64,000 bases of DNA, taken from positions 212,722,001-212,786,000 of the forward strand of contig OX597815.1 of NCBI GenBank assembly GCA_951406725.2, given 5' to 3'. The position numbers were made by a program, and so were the translations under genes. Under the pieces are notes generated by a model. It was not told the origin of the DNA. It saw only the letters and a program-made list of their open reading frames with translations, and ran no database searches. Source of the DNA: Octopus vulgaris. Its lineage: Eukaryota. This document shows, piece after piece, positions 36,918 through 49,142 of this stretch. Position 1 is the stretch's first letter. Each line of letters starts with the position of its first letter.

Positions 36918-37264
36918 ATGATATACATACATACATACATACATATATTACACACACACACACACACATATATGTATATGAGTTGACCTTTGACATAGTT
37001 TCCATCTACCAAATGCACTTACAAGGCATTGGTAGGCCCAGTATAATATATAAGATATTGGGTCAAAGCGCTGTGCAGTGGGACTGAACCTAAAACCCTG
37101 CAAAACTAGCTTCTTAAGCACACAACCATGCTTGTGTCTATTAATAGCTTCTTGTTTGTATTTTTTTTTTTTCCTTATTTGGTCTATAGCAGAGGTGGGG
37201 AAAACCCAGCCCAGAGGCACAATTGCGCCAGTGAGCCAATTATACTGCATCCACAAACTGATAT

Positions 37265-37660
37265 ACTCTTACTCTCTTTTACTTGTTTCAGTCATCTGAC
37301 TGCGGCCATGCTGGAGCACCACCTTTAGTTAAGCAAATCGACCCCAGGACTTATTCTTTGTAAGCCTAGTACTTATTCTATCAGTCTCTTTGCCAAACTG
37401 CTAAGTTACGGGGACGTAAACATACCAGCATCGGTTGTCAAGTGATGTTGGGGGGGACAAATACAGATATACAAACACACATATATATACATATATACGA
37501 TGGTCTTCTTTCAGTTTCCGTCTACCAAATCCACTCACAAGGCTTTGGTCGGACCAAGGCTATAGTAGAAGATACTTGCCTAAGGTGCCACACAGTGGGA
37601 CTGAACCCGGAACCATGTGGTTGGTAAGCAAGCTACTTACCACACAGCCACTCCCGCGCC
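37265..37660 (-). mobile_element. Full family A SINE
   Basis: Complete reverse-complement copy. Confidence 0.92.
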
Positions 37661-38786
37661 TATGTTTATAAAATAAAGAAAATTTTTCAATTATAAAATT
37701 TATACAATATTCATATGTCTATTTGCAGCATAGGTCGTGTTTCCACGACAACTTAAAACAGTCAGACTCGAACAGAAATAGCCAGGTAATTGCCATTTGA
37801 ATGGAAATTTTGTTACCACTATAAAACACATACTGCTGTGTTTGTTCCACCCCCCTTGAGACTCAACTACACTCTAGCTGAAAACTATAGAATACATCAT
37901 AAGTAATATAAACTTTCTAAATTCAGTGATGGTGTTTATGAAGACGTTATGCATTAATTTAATGTGTTAAACTTATCTTTATTAATGTATAAATCCTTAA
38001 AATCCTTTAAAATGTTTTAGCCCGAAGGCCGTGGCCATGCTGGGGCACCACCGCTGAAATCGAATTATTCATAGATATATACAAGATTTACACAGATATA
38101 AGAGTTAGAACTTGTGACCTGCCTGTGGACCTTTTTCTTTGGAAAATTTTGCCCACCACACTAAAACTTTTCCCACTTATAGCCTTCTTAAACCTCACTA
38201 GACCAGTGCAAATGACAATAAGGAGAAATTAAAAGATATTTCAGAAACATCTCTTGAAGTAAGCTTGAATCTCAACAAGAAAGATAAAATACGGTTGATT
38301 CAATTAACTATATCCTCTCTCTCTATACACTTGTGACCTTGAGGTAAAGTTAATATTAACCACAACCAGAATAGAATATATTGTAATTCTCTTTCAATAA
38401 ATTCCCTGGTTATATTCAGAGATTATTTGACAAGCATGCTTGTTATGAAATACAAAATGTTCCAACTATTAGTATTTCTATAGAAAAACATTTCATAAAT
38501 ATTTTTACTGCCTTGTGTTCATAGGTAACTGACTCTCTTCCAGAATAAAGAGGAAACAATAGTCTGGAATATAAAGTGTTAGATTCTTCTGGGTTTTTTT
38601 TTATATATTCTTTTTAGTTATTCAAATTGTGTCCTTGATAGTGTGAAAAGAAAAAAGAGAAATAAGTGTGAGAGAAGGAAACAACTTGAAAGATATGTGA
38701 GAAACAAGGTTGGGAAATATTAAACTGCTAAAGAAATATTTACTACAAAGAGCTCTTTTTTATATTTCAAATGAAAATACAATGCA

Positions 38787-38867
<81 letters not shown>

Positions 38868-38951
38868 TTAGAGACAAAACCACTATTTTGCAAATCAAAC
38901 AAGGAAAGACTTAATCAATACATAAAAAATTTTAATATATATAATATATAT

Positions 38952-39245
38952 ATCATCATCATCATCATCATCATCGTTTAGCGTCCGTTTTCCATGCTAG
39001 CATGGGTTGGACAGTTTACTGGGGTCTGTGAAGCCAGAAGGCTTCATCAGGCCCAGTCAAATCTGGCAGTGTTTCTACGGCTGGATGCCCTTCCTAACGC
39101 CAACCACTCCGTGAGTGTAGTGGGTGCTTTTTACGTGCCACCCACACAGCTGCCAGACAGAGCTGGCAAACGGCCACGAACGGATGGTGCTTTTTATGTG
39201 CCACCGGCACGAGGGCCAGGCGAGGCTGGCAACGGACACGAAACG
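38952..39245 (-). mobile_element. Family B retroposon
   Basis: (CAT)n tail, core and two modules; very similar to 1921-2182. Confidence 0.9.
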
Positions 39246-39249
39246 GGAA

Positions 39250-39307
39250 ATATATAATTATATATATATATATATAATTATATATAGATATAGATATATA
39301 TAGATAT

Positions 39308-39374
<67 letters not shown>

Positions 39375-39395
39375 TGCAGACAGACTGACAGATAA

Positions 39396-39432
<37 letters not shown>

Positions 39433-39437
39433 TAGAC

Positions 39438-39494
<57 letters not shown>

Positions 39495-39500
39495 AGCAGA
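39250..39500. repeat. (TA)n/(TAGA)n/(CAGA)n microsatellite
   Basis: Read directly from the sequence. Confidence 0.95.
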
Positions 39501-39514
39501 TAAATCACAGATAT

Positions 39515-40483
39515 GTGATTTCCTGGCATATACTGTCGGAAGCGTACCCTTCCTCTATACCCCACCTTGCCCTCATCGACGTATAAGTATCTCCCAGGGT
39601 TGTAAAATATTTTATATGATTTTTTGAACACCGTCAATGAGGGGTCTTATTTTAAATAAGGGATCAAAGTTTGGTTCTCCACGTACGGGGGTACTGCTAG
39701 TGTCTCTCACTGGCTCAGTTTCACAAACCGTATTTGGGTCATAATACTGGAAACATACTGATCGCCAAAAGGTTCCTGATTGCTCCAGTAATTTGTAATT
39801 CTGGGTAACTGTCTAATACCCATAATAATATGGCAAAAAATGCCCGTATTTCATCTACGGTTGTTGGAAACCACAAGCTATCTTTTTTTCCCAGCTTATT
39901 TACATTCTGTGTAACGGTTTGTTTCCACAGTAATTGCTTCAAACAAACATGCTGGAAAAAATAAAAAGAAAAAGTCTAATGGTTTCGCTTCCTGAGAAAG
40001 ACTTTGGATAGAGACCCTGTCTCCTCAGAAAAATTGTTAATAGAAACTTTTTTTTAACTTTTTACACCATTCTAGTGTAAAATCATCCTCGCTGTCAATG
40101 TTGCTACTTTCAGTTTCTTCAGAATCGCTGCTTTCGGTTTTGGATACAGAAATATCCAATTTATTTTCGTCCACAACGTGCTTTTGCACCTCAATCATTC
40201 TTTTCCTCGATATCACCATATCTTCCATTGAAACTCGGAATCACCGTTCTCCATTTTCAAAGTTGAAAAAAATTAACGCCGAGAAAAAAGTACAGAAAAA
40301 TCTTCCGGAATTCACTGAATTCAAATATTACGCCAAACAATGTCGGTTCCAATAACTCAGCTGTTTGCAAAGTGAAATCACGTGTTTTAACGAATGTTCT
40401 AACAAGATTTGGGTTCTAATTTGCATTTAAATAACAATGGGTGCTCTTGGCCAGTTTGGTCTCATAGGTTAGTAATGAAAGGG
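39515..40483 (-). mobile_element. 5' half of a decayed piggyBac transposon (PGBD4-like transposase)
   Basis: TTAA-CCCTTTCATTAC end at 40487-40472; acidic N-terminus; motifs WFPTTVDEIRAFFAIL, PNFDPLFKIRP and YVDEGKVGYRGRVRFRQYMP in different frames. Confidence 0.9.
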
Positions 40484-40820
40484 TTAAACTATCTGTCAAG
40501 AGTTTTATTCAATGAACCAACCAGCGCTTTTACAACGACAAAAATTAACTACGTTAAACAGTGCGGGTTGTTCAGATATGAATAAGAAATTTGTTCAGGC
40601 TGTGTGTCGTTTCCCACATAAAATTAACCAAAAATATTCAGATTTAATGAGTCATATTTATTTCCATATTGACATTGCAAAGGTTATTTTCTGAAGGCTG
40701 TTTATGCTGAAAACCAGTCGCAAGTATGAGAATGTATGTTGAGCAAGAGAAGAAATTGTAAGCCTTCATGCTTGGAGAAATGTGGTATTTTACTCTAGGT
40801 CCAGAGCAGCATAGATACCT

Positions 40821-41236
40821 ATTTCTTTACTACCCACAAGGGGCTAAACACGGAGAGGACAAACAAGGACAGACAAAGGGATTAAGTCGATTATATCGAC
40901 CCCAATGCGTAACTGGTACTTATTTAATCGACACCGAAAGGATGAAAGGCAAAGTCGACCTTGGCGGAATTTGAACTCAGAACGTAGCGGCAGCATAGAT
41001 GCCTATTTCTTTACTACCCACAAGGGGCTAAACACGGAGAGGACAAACAAGGACAGACAAAGGGATTAAGTCGATTATATCGACCCCAATGCGTAACTGG
41101 TACTTATTTAATCGACACCGAAAGGATGAAAGGCAAAGTCGACCTCAGCAGAATTTGAACTCAGAACGTAACGGCAGACGAAATACCGTTAAGCATTTCG
41201 CCCAGCGTGCTAACGTTTCTGGCAGCTCGCCACCTT
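40821..41236 (-). mobile_element. Family C SINE with a tandem duplication of its 3' part and 18-bp TSD
   Basis: TSD AGAGCAGCATAGATACCT at 40803-40820 and 41237-41254; a third partial target copy at 40990-41004. Confidence 0.9.
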
Positions 41237-41970
41237 AGAGCAGCATAGATACCTGTGAATCAAGAACTGTTACAAGTGTTCTTTCTCCTCTGCTTTGTAT
41301 TTCCCATGCATCCCAATTTATAACCATGATCTAGTGTGAAAATGCATGGAATTTTCCATTAATCTTGCTGCCACACAAATGCCCCATTGGCTAAAATATG
41401 GGACAAAATCACCAGATATGTGGCAGCCTTCATTTGTTCTGAATCCATTTGTTCTGCTACAACACTATTACTTTTGCCTTTTTTTAATTCAGTTTACCAG
41501 GAGTTTGCTATTACATTACATTAAGATTATAATTTTTATGACGGAATTAGGAATTAAGCTTTTTTCAAGATTCCCATTTATACTATATTTTGATCAGTTT
41601 GATTTCCAGTATCATCAGGTACCATACTTCTGTTTGTGGACACTGTCCAAGACTGGATTTAAAACTTGGAACATTTATTTCTAAGCTAATGGTAATAACA
41701 TTCTTATCAGTTCCAACATTTTGAGAAATAAAGAATCCTAGTGTGAATCCAGTCTGAAGCGATGTACAAATCCAAGAGTATGATAACCAAAGATGATCAG
41801 AGCTCAAACTGATTGAAATATCATGTAGAAGTAAATATTTTTCAAAAATTTAACTCAAAATGAAGTCAATCATTTTAAAAAGCATAATCTTATTAAGAAT
41901 CACACATTTCAAATATTTAGATATTTACTTTGCAGCAATAGTTTACAACCTATATTTTTTTAACCACCAC

Positions 41971-42359
41971 ACTCTTTTACTCTTTTACTCTTTAACTTGT
42001 TTCAGTCATTTGACTGCGGCCATGCTGGAGCACCACCTTTAGTCAAGCAAATCGACCCCCGGACTTATTCTTTGTAAGCCTAGTACTTATTCTATCGGTC
42101 TCTTTTGCCGAACCACTAAGTTATGGTGACATAAACACACCAGCATCGGTTGTCAAGTGATGTTGGGGGGACAAACACAGACACACAAACACACACACAT
42201 ATACGTATATATATATATGACGGGCTTCTTTCAGTTTCTGTCTACCAAATCCACTCACAAGGCTTTTAGAAGACACTTGCTCAAGGTGCCATGCAGTGGG
42301 ACTGAACCCGGAACCATATGGTTAGTAGCAAGCTACTTACCACACAGCCACTCCTGCAC
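41971..42359 (-). mobile_element. Full family A SINE
   Basis: Reverse-complement copy with a short internal deletion. Confidence 0.9.
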
Positions 42360-42724
42360 CTACACTCTGGAAGTTTTTTTGCTCATTCTATTTTCAAATT
42401 TCCCCCTCCACACAAAATGTGAAATAAAAGTATTCAAACCTACTGATTTATTTAATGAGACTTGTGAGATTAATGCCTTGCTACTTAAATATTAATATTT
42501 TGTTCGATGTTACTGAGCTTATTTCTTCTGTCACCCCTTTTACAGACAAACAATATATTTCTTCCTTTGTTTTAGTTATCTATTCCCTCAAACTAAACTC
42601 AGTTTCAACAATATATGATGTTGGAAGCAGACAATTATTTTGGCCATTTTTAGTCAGTCACTTTAATCTTAGTATGACTGAACCAAATCATAGGATTTGG
42701 TTCAGTCATTGAGCCAAATCTTAT

Positions 42725-43195
42725 GACTGGCACCTGGCTGTTGCCAGTGCTGCTGGACTGACTCCTGTGCAGGTGGCAAATAAAAAAACACTGTTTCGAC
42801 CCTGTGCTTGAGGAGACCTATTGAGTCAAGTACATCAACATCAAAAATCAATGGAAATTGTAGTTGTGATCCCTGTGCCACATAAAAAGCGCCATCCGAA
42901 CGTGGCCAATGCCAATGCCGCCTCGACCGGCTTCCGTGCCAGTGGCACGTAAAAAGCACTAACCGATTGTGGCCATTGCCAGCCTCCCCTGGCACCTGTG
43001 CCAGTGGCACGTAAAAAGCACCCACTACACTCACAGAGTGGTTGGTGTTAGGAAAGGGATCCAGCTGTAGAAACACTGCTAGATCAGACTGGAGCCTGGT
43101 GCAGCCTTCTGGCTTCCCAGACCCCGGTCGAACCATCCAACCCACGCTAGCATGGAAAACAGACGTTAAACGATGATGGTGATGATGATGATGAT
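42725..43195 (+). mobile_element. Family B retroposon with 4 modules
   Basis: Repeated GTGGCACGTAAAAAGCAC, core and (GAT)n tail. Confidence 0.88.
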
Positions 43196-43199
43196 TAAT

Positions 43200-44290
43200 G
43201 ACCTGAATTAAGCCTACCCTACTTATCACACATATATTTTGAGTTATCTTTGCATCATAATTCAACAAACTCTCCTTCATTTCTTCTTTAGCTGAATCAA
43301 CATCACAGTTAAATGGGTCTATCATGAGTGGTTTTACTTCAAAGTGAAAACAAATCAGAAAATATTTTGTTCTCATTGATTATAAGTGTCCTGAATATAC
43401 TTCAAGAGCCATTTGTTCAGTGAAGAGCAAATTTCTGCCAATTCAGACATTATTCTGTGAAATGTTTAAGAAAATTTACTTGAAAAATTTCCAATTAATC
43501 AGTAAATGCTCTCAGCATACTGTTACATTCAATCAATATAATGAATTTACCTTGAAGTTCAAGTGATACCTCATTAAGCTTTTAAAATATTCAAGCTAGA
43601 TAATATATCTTACTTTTATGTGTTCTTTATCTCTATCTTCATCCCTAAACCTTGCTAAACAATTCCATTTGATGAGCCACTTGATTTCTGCATTATAAGA
43701 AATTTTACATATTCTTCATTTTGATCAGAGCAAAACTTTCTTAACAGGTAATCATATTTACCATGTGATTTTATTTTGTTGATAATTTTAATAACTATTT
43801 AAAATTAATAACGTGAGACTTTTTTTTTTTGCTATCTGAGAATAGAGTAACATATTGTAATAATATTTATTCAGGTGTGTGACGAGGCATTTACCGCTTC
43901 TGACCTTCCAAGTAGCACCAGCAGTTGCAACTAATATTGAATTTTCTAATGGAACTTTCTTTTCATAAAAAAACAGGGTCTTAAAGCATTAAAATCTTAA
44001 AGTATTAAAATCTAGAGAGGATACAATTTAACCTTCTCACTCAAAATACTTTCTTCATTTTCTGGGAGAAAATTTTTTTTATTTCTACAAACTCAATCTA
44101 TAAGAGAAGTTATGAAAGTTAAATAAACAGAATTCACTTTCTGGAAATATGAGCAAAAGACAATTTAAAGGCATAGTCTTCAGTGTTATGTTATTTTTTC
44201 CAAAAATAATTATGCAAGTCTAAGCTGACCCTGAATTGAATATCTTGCAGTAACTCCTGAGGTGAATTCTTTATTATTTGAAGGCAACCA
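43200..44290 (-). mobile_element. Decayed hAT (Charlie/ZBED5/SCAND3-like) transposase
   Basis: Minus-strand remnants FFYEKKVPLENSILVATAGA, YNAEIKWLIKWNCLARF (compare HTEVRWLS.G..L.RF), LNEVSLELQG and IDPFNCDVDSAKEEMKE. Confidence 0.75.
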
Positions 44291-44671
44291 TTTCTTCTCA
44301 CTTTATGCCACCAGAGTCAATTTTACCTTTCATCTTTTCAGGGTCAATAAAATAGGTACCTATTGAACACTGGGGTCGATGTAATTGGCTAGCCCCTCCC
44401 ACCAAAAGTTCAGGTCTTGTTCCTATAGTAAAATGATTTGAAGGCAGTGTTCTTGGTGCCCTTGTTAAAATAATTGGTTCAAATTTTGGCACAAGGCCAG
44501 CAGTTTAAGTGAGAGAGGATAACCAATTATATCAACCCCAGTACATGACTGGTACTGTATTTTATCAGTCTCAAGGATAAAAGGCAAAATTGACCTTGGC
44601 AGGATTTAAGCTCAGCATGTAATGACTCAGAAGAAATACTGTGAAGTATTCTTTCCACTGCCGTAACAATT

Positions 44672-45180
44672 CTTATTTCTTTATTGCCCACAAGGGGCTA
44701 AACATAGAGGGAACAAACAAAGACAGACAAAGGGATTAATTATGACTTTAGGAAACATTTTTTCATGCTAAGAGTTGCTGAAGCATGGAACAAACTGCCG
44801 GCATCTGTTGTTAGTTGTCGGAGCACTGCATCCTTCAAAACTTCCATGCTTTCTGAGATTCACCAACACTACACCTGATTTTCTCCCCTCCATACACACA
44901 CAAGCATGTATCTGACTCATGCATTGTTCGCTTTCCAGACATTTTTACATTACTGCATATGCTTTATACGCACTTTTGACAAGGTGTGGTGCACCTGAGC
45001 ACTGTATACAATAATTTCATTATTATTAAGTCGATTACATCGACCCCCAACTGGTACTTAATTTATCGACCCTGAAAGTATGAAAGGCAAAGTCAACCTC
45101 AGTGGAATTTGAACTCAGAACGTAGCAGCAGACAAAATACAGCTAAGCATTTCGCCCAGTGGGCTAACGTTTCTGCCAGT
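44672..45180 (-). mobile_element. Family C SINE split by a LINE fragment
   Basis: The SINE sequence stops at GGGATTAA (44739) and resumes at GTCGATTAC (45030). Confidence 0.88.
44740..45024 (+). mobile_element. 5'-truncated CR1/L2-clade LINE 3' end
   Basis: DFRKHFFMLRVAEAWNKLPASVVSCRSTASFKTSM...TGA (44876-44878), 3' UTR, (TTA)n tail, and ATTAA duplicated at 44735-44739 and 45025-45029. Confidence 0.88.
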
Positions 45181-45192
45181 TGTCAGTTCACT

Positions 45193-45411
45193 GAAGGCAG
45201 CAAGCTAGCAGAAACGTTAACACTCTGGGTGAAATGCCTAGTGGGATTTCATCTGTCTTTACGTTCAGAGTTCAAATTCTGCCTTGGTCAACTTTGCCTT
45301 TCATCATTTCAGGGTCGATAAATTAAGTACCAGTTGTGTACTGGGGTCAATCTAATTGACTGCCCCTCTCCCCCAAAATTTGGGCCTGGTGCCTAGAGTA
45401 GAAAAGAATTC
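45193..45411 (+). mobile_element. Family C SINE (alternative tail) with 12-bp TSD
   Basis: TSD TGTCAGTTCACT at 45181-45192 and 45412-45423; tail GTGCCTAGAGTAGAAAAGAAT. Confidence 0.88.
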
Positions 45412-45584
45412 TGTCAGTTCACTACCTGGCCTTTGTTAAAATAATGATGTATATTTTTGAAGGAATTCAACAAATTGAATAAAGAAATATAAGGTTTTTA
45501 TTTCAGACAGTTTTTGTTAGTCTTGATTCAGCAGAAAATGCTTGACTAACACATGTTCTTTGTTTATTTGCAAATATATGAATT

Positions 45585-45968
45585 GAGTGGCTGTGTGGTA
45601 AGTAGCTTGCTAACCAACCACATGGTTCTGGGTTCAGTCCCACTGTGTGGCATCTTGGGCAAGTGTCATCTGCTATAGCCTTGGGCCGACCAATGCCTTG
45701 TGAGTGGATTTGGTAGACGGAAACTGAAAGAAGCCCATCATATATATATATATATATAAGTGTGTGTGTCTGTGTTTGTCCTCCTAGCATTGCTTGACAA
45801 CCGATGCTGGTGTGTTTACGTCCCCGTCACTTAGCGGTTCGGCAAAAGAGACCGATAGAATAAGTACTGGGCTTACAAAGAATAAGTCCCGGGGTCGATT
45901 TGCTCGACTAAAGGCGGTGCTCCAGCATGGCCGCAGTCAAATGACTGAAACAAGTAAAAGAATAAAAG
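45585..45968 (+). mobile_element. Full family A SINE
   Basis: Complete head, body and tail. Confidence 0.92.
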
Positions 45969-46392
45969 AAAAGAAAGAATCAATTTAATTTGGAGATCTC
46001 AAACAAAAATGCAAAAAGTACCACAATGAATTCGACTCACTGAAAACTTTTAAGGCAGTGTCCCAGTACAGCCACAGTACAATGACTGAAACAAGTAAAA
46101 GAGTACTAGTTGACAAAAGACTGAACTTATTTAACATATATATTAAAAACAAAACTGATGTTGATGATAGGTTTAATAAATAACATAAATATGTGAGATG
46201 CAGATCTGTCAGAACCAATCAGGGAAAGGTGTTGGCTTCAAATGTTTACTGTATGTTCTGTGTGGTGTTAAGTAAGCATAGGCAGATGAACGCAGTTTTA
46301 GTAGGATCTATTTATAGACAACCATCTGAAATGGCTGGGAAAAGGATATGAGCAGATGATAGTGGTTTTATATCTATTCATTTATACATATA

Positions 46393-46893
46393 CTAGCAGT
46401 ATCGCCCGGCGTTGCTCGGGTTTGTAAGGGAAATAACTATATAAGCATTTTTAGAGAGTTATAGCCAAAAAAATAGCAAAAAAATGCATTAAAAATGGAA
46501 AAAAAAATGATGGTAAATTTTTTTTAAATCGTTGACTCATCGTAGACATTTTTAGAGAGTTACTTCCCTTATATAATAGCGAAAAAATGCATTAAAATGG
46601 GAAAAAATGATGGTAAATTTTTTTTTAAATCGCAGACTTATCATAGACATTTTTAGAGAGTTTCTTCCCTTATATAATAGCGAAAAAATGCATTAAAATG
46701 GAAAAAAAATGATGGTAAATTTTTTTTAAAATCGTAGACTCATCATAGACGCACGCTAATACCCAGAAGGGCTCGATATGAATCACGACTATAAGATACC
46801 CGGTTTTGGTTAAACTGCACCGCAAAATGTGGGAGTAGTTAGGAATCTAAATCGTAGGAGACAGACACACAACCTCACTTTTATATATAAAGA
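46393..46893 (-). mobile_element. Complete non-autonomous Helitron (501 bp) with about 120-bp internal tandem repeat x3
   Basis: Minus strand reads A|TCTTTATATATAAAAG...CCCGAGCAACGCCGGGCGATACTGCTAG|T: 5'-TC, subterminal GC hairpin, CTAG-3', inserted between A and T with no TSD. Confidence 0.88.
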
Positions 46894-47092
46894 TTTATAT
46901 GTTATTTAATTATAGTATATATCTTTCTCTTCTGTTTTCTCTTTTTTTTTCTATCTATACTTCATTCCTTTTCTTACCTGAATATTCATACACGCACACA
47001 AACACACATACACATGTATACATGTATAGACATAAACACACGTTCAAATATATGTGCAAGTGTTTGTATCTATGTGTATGTGTGTGTGTGTG

Positions 47093-47180
<88 letters not shown>

Positions 47181-47400
47181 GAGGCGCAATGGCCTAGTGG
47201 TTAGGGCAGCGGACTCGCGGTCGCAGGATCGCGGTTTCGATTCTCAGACCGGGCGTTGTGTGTGTTTATTGAGCGAAAACACCTAAAAAGCTCTACGAGG
47301 CTCCGGCAGGGGGTGGTGATCCCTGCTGTACTCTTTCACCACAATGGCGGTGCCCCAGCATGGCCACAGCTCAAGAGCTGAAACTGGAAAAACAAAAACA
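47181..47400 (+). mobile_element. Family D tRNA-Arg-like SINE, tail type 1
   Basis: TGGCCTAGTGG A box, GGACTCGCGG anticodon-like arm, GGTTTCGATTC B box; tail GGCGGTGCCCCAGCATGGCCACAG shared with family A. Confidence 0.85.
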
Positions 47401-47414
47401 AAACAAAAAACAAA

Positions 47415-47705
47415 TCACGTCACGTGATCACATGACCGACCAGACCATCAGATGTTGTTACACATCGCGTTCGCATTGTTTTAGCCTTCGAATGATGCCA
47501 CCCCGCTGGCTAAGCGAGCAGGCCAACAGAAGAAAGAGCGGGAGAAAGAGTGGTGAAAGAGTACAGCAGGAATCACCACCCCCTGCCGGAGCCTCGTGGA
47601 GCTTTTAGACGTTTTCGCTCAATAAGCACTCACAACACCCGGTCTGGGAATCGAAACCACGATCCTACGACCGTGAGTCCGCTGCCCTAACCACTGGGCC
47701 GTTGT
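47415..47705 (-). mobile_element. Family D SINE, tail type 2
   Basis: Same head and body to ACTCTTTCACCAC, then an unrelated tail ending GATCACGTGACGTGA. Confidence 0.85.
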
Positions 47706-47709
47706 ATCT

Positions 47710-47939
47710 ATATGCGTGAGTGTATGTGTGTGTGTATGAATATATGTATGTTTATATATATGTATGTGTGTGTGTATATATATATAAATGTATGTATGTA
47801 TGTATATGTATATATATATATAAATGTATGTATGTATGTATGTATATGTATATATATGTATATCTGTATGTGTATGTGTGTGTGTGTGTATATATATATA
47901 CATACATGCATACATACATACACACATACATACATACAA

Positions 47940-48034
<95 letters not shown>

Positions 48035-48170
48035 GACATATATATATATATATATATGCATGCTCACATATACCTGAGTGCCTGTATGCATATATGTGTG
48101 CTTGCATGTGTACGTGCTCATGTTTATATGTGTGTGGGAGTATGCATGCTTGTGTGTTCTTCTACAAATG
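47710..48170. repeat. Long TA/TG/CA compound microsatellite
   Basis: Read directly from the sequence. Confidence 0.95.
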
Positions 48171-48469
48171 CATGTAAGGAATATCTTCCTTACACATGGA
48201 TTAATATTTACTTGGTGAAATTCTTTGTATCAGATCCTAGAAATTAGCTATTTTCAGACAAATGTTATCACCAAAAAGTTGACTTTAATTACACCAAACA
48301 CTGAACAAGTCTTAGCGAGTTAAAATTATTTCAACTCACCAAACTACTTACTTACCAACCCCATCTACCTACATACCAAACAAGCTGTCTACATACACAT
48401 TTTTGTATTATTTTAACAAAGAAGAATTAATTACACAAAAAAAGAACAAAGAAATTTACAAAATTACAT

Positions 48470-48890
48470 AGGCGCAGGAGTGGCTGTGTGGTAAGTAGCT
48501 TGCTAACCAACCACATGGTTCCGGGTTCAGTCCCACTGCATGGCATCTTGGGCAAGTGTCTTCTGCTATAGCCCTGGGCCGACCAATGCCTTGTGAGTGG
48601 ATTTGGTAGACGGAAACTGAAAGAAGCCTGTCGTATATATGTATATATATATATATGTGTGTATGTTTGTGTCTGTGTTTGTCCCCCTAGCATTGCTTGG
48701 CAACCGATGCTGGTGTGTTTACGTCCCCGTCAATTAGCGGTTCGGCAAAAGAGACCGATAGAATAAGTACTGGGCTTACAAAGAATAAGTCCCGGGGTCG
48801 ATTTGCTCGACTAAAGGCGGTGCTTCAGCATGGCCGCAGTCAAATGACTGAAACAAGTAAAAGAGTAAAAGAGTAAAAGAGAGAGTAAAA
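48470..48890 (+). mobile_element. Full family A SINE
   Basis: GGCGCAGGAGTGGCTGTGTGGTAAG head to (GTAAAAGA)n tail. Confidence 0.93.
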
Positions 48891-49142
48891 GCTAGAAACA
48901 AACCTTCAAAGGATTTACAGTTCTTTATGCTTTGTAGTTTAAGAAATAGGTTTATTAGAACTTATTTATTAATAGCTTTTAATAAACCTATTAATGGGTT
49001 TTAATAAAACCTATTAATAAATAAGTTCATTAATAAACCTATTTATTTATAAGTTTATAATAATGAAAAGAAATGTGGTAAGAAGTTGGCTTCCTAATCA
49101 CATGGTTTTGTTTTTATTCCCATAGTATGGCACATTGGGTAA

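Noticed and set aside
37729-37785. 57-nt plus-strand exon candidate (HRSCFHDNLKQSDSNRNSQ)
   Set aside because: Splice signals are plausible, but the peptide is unrecognised and unlinked to any other exon.
42702-43376. Longest ORF (224 aa) as a gene
   Set aside because: It is a chance read-through from the hAT fossil into the antisense strand of a family B repeat; the poly-His comes from the (GAT)n tail.
47181-47255. Functional tRNA-Arg gene (also 54752 and 62432)
   Set aside because: No proper acceptor stem or terminator; the sequence continues into a SINE body shared between copies.
47619-48247. Many ORFs rich in Y/I/H/T/C/V (also at 27.4, 29.4, 33.3, 50.2 and 63.2 kb)
   Set aside because: These are translations of stop-free microsatellites.
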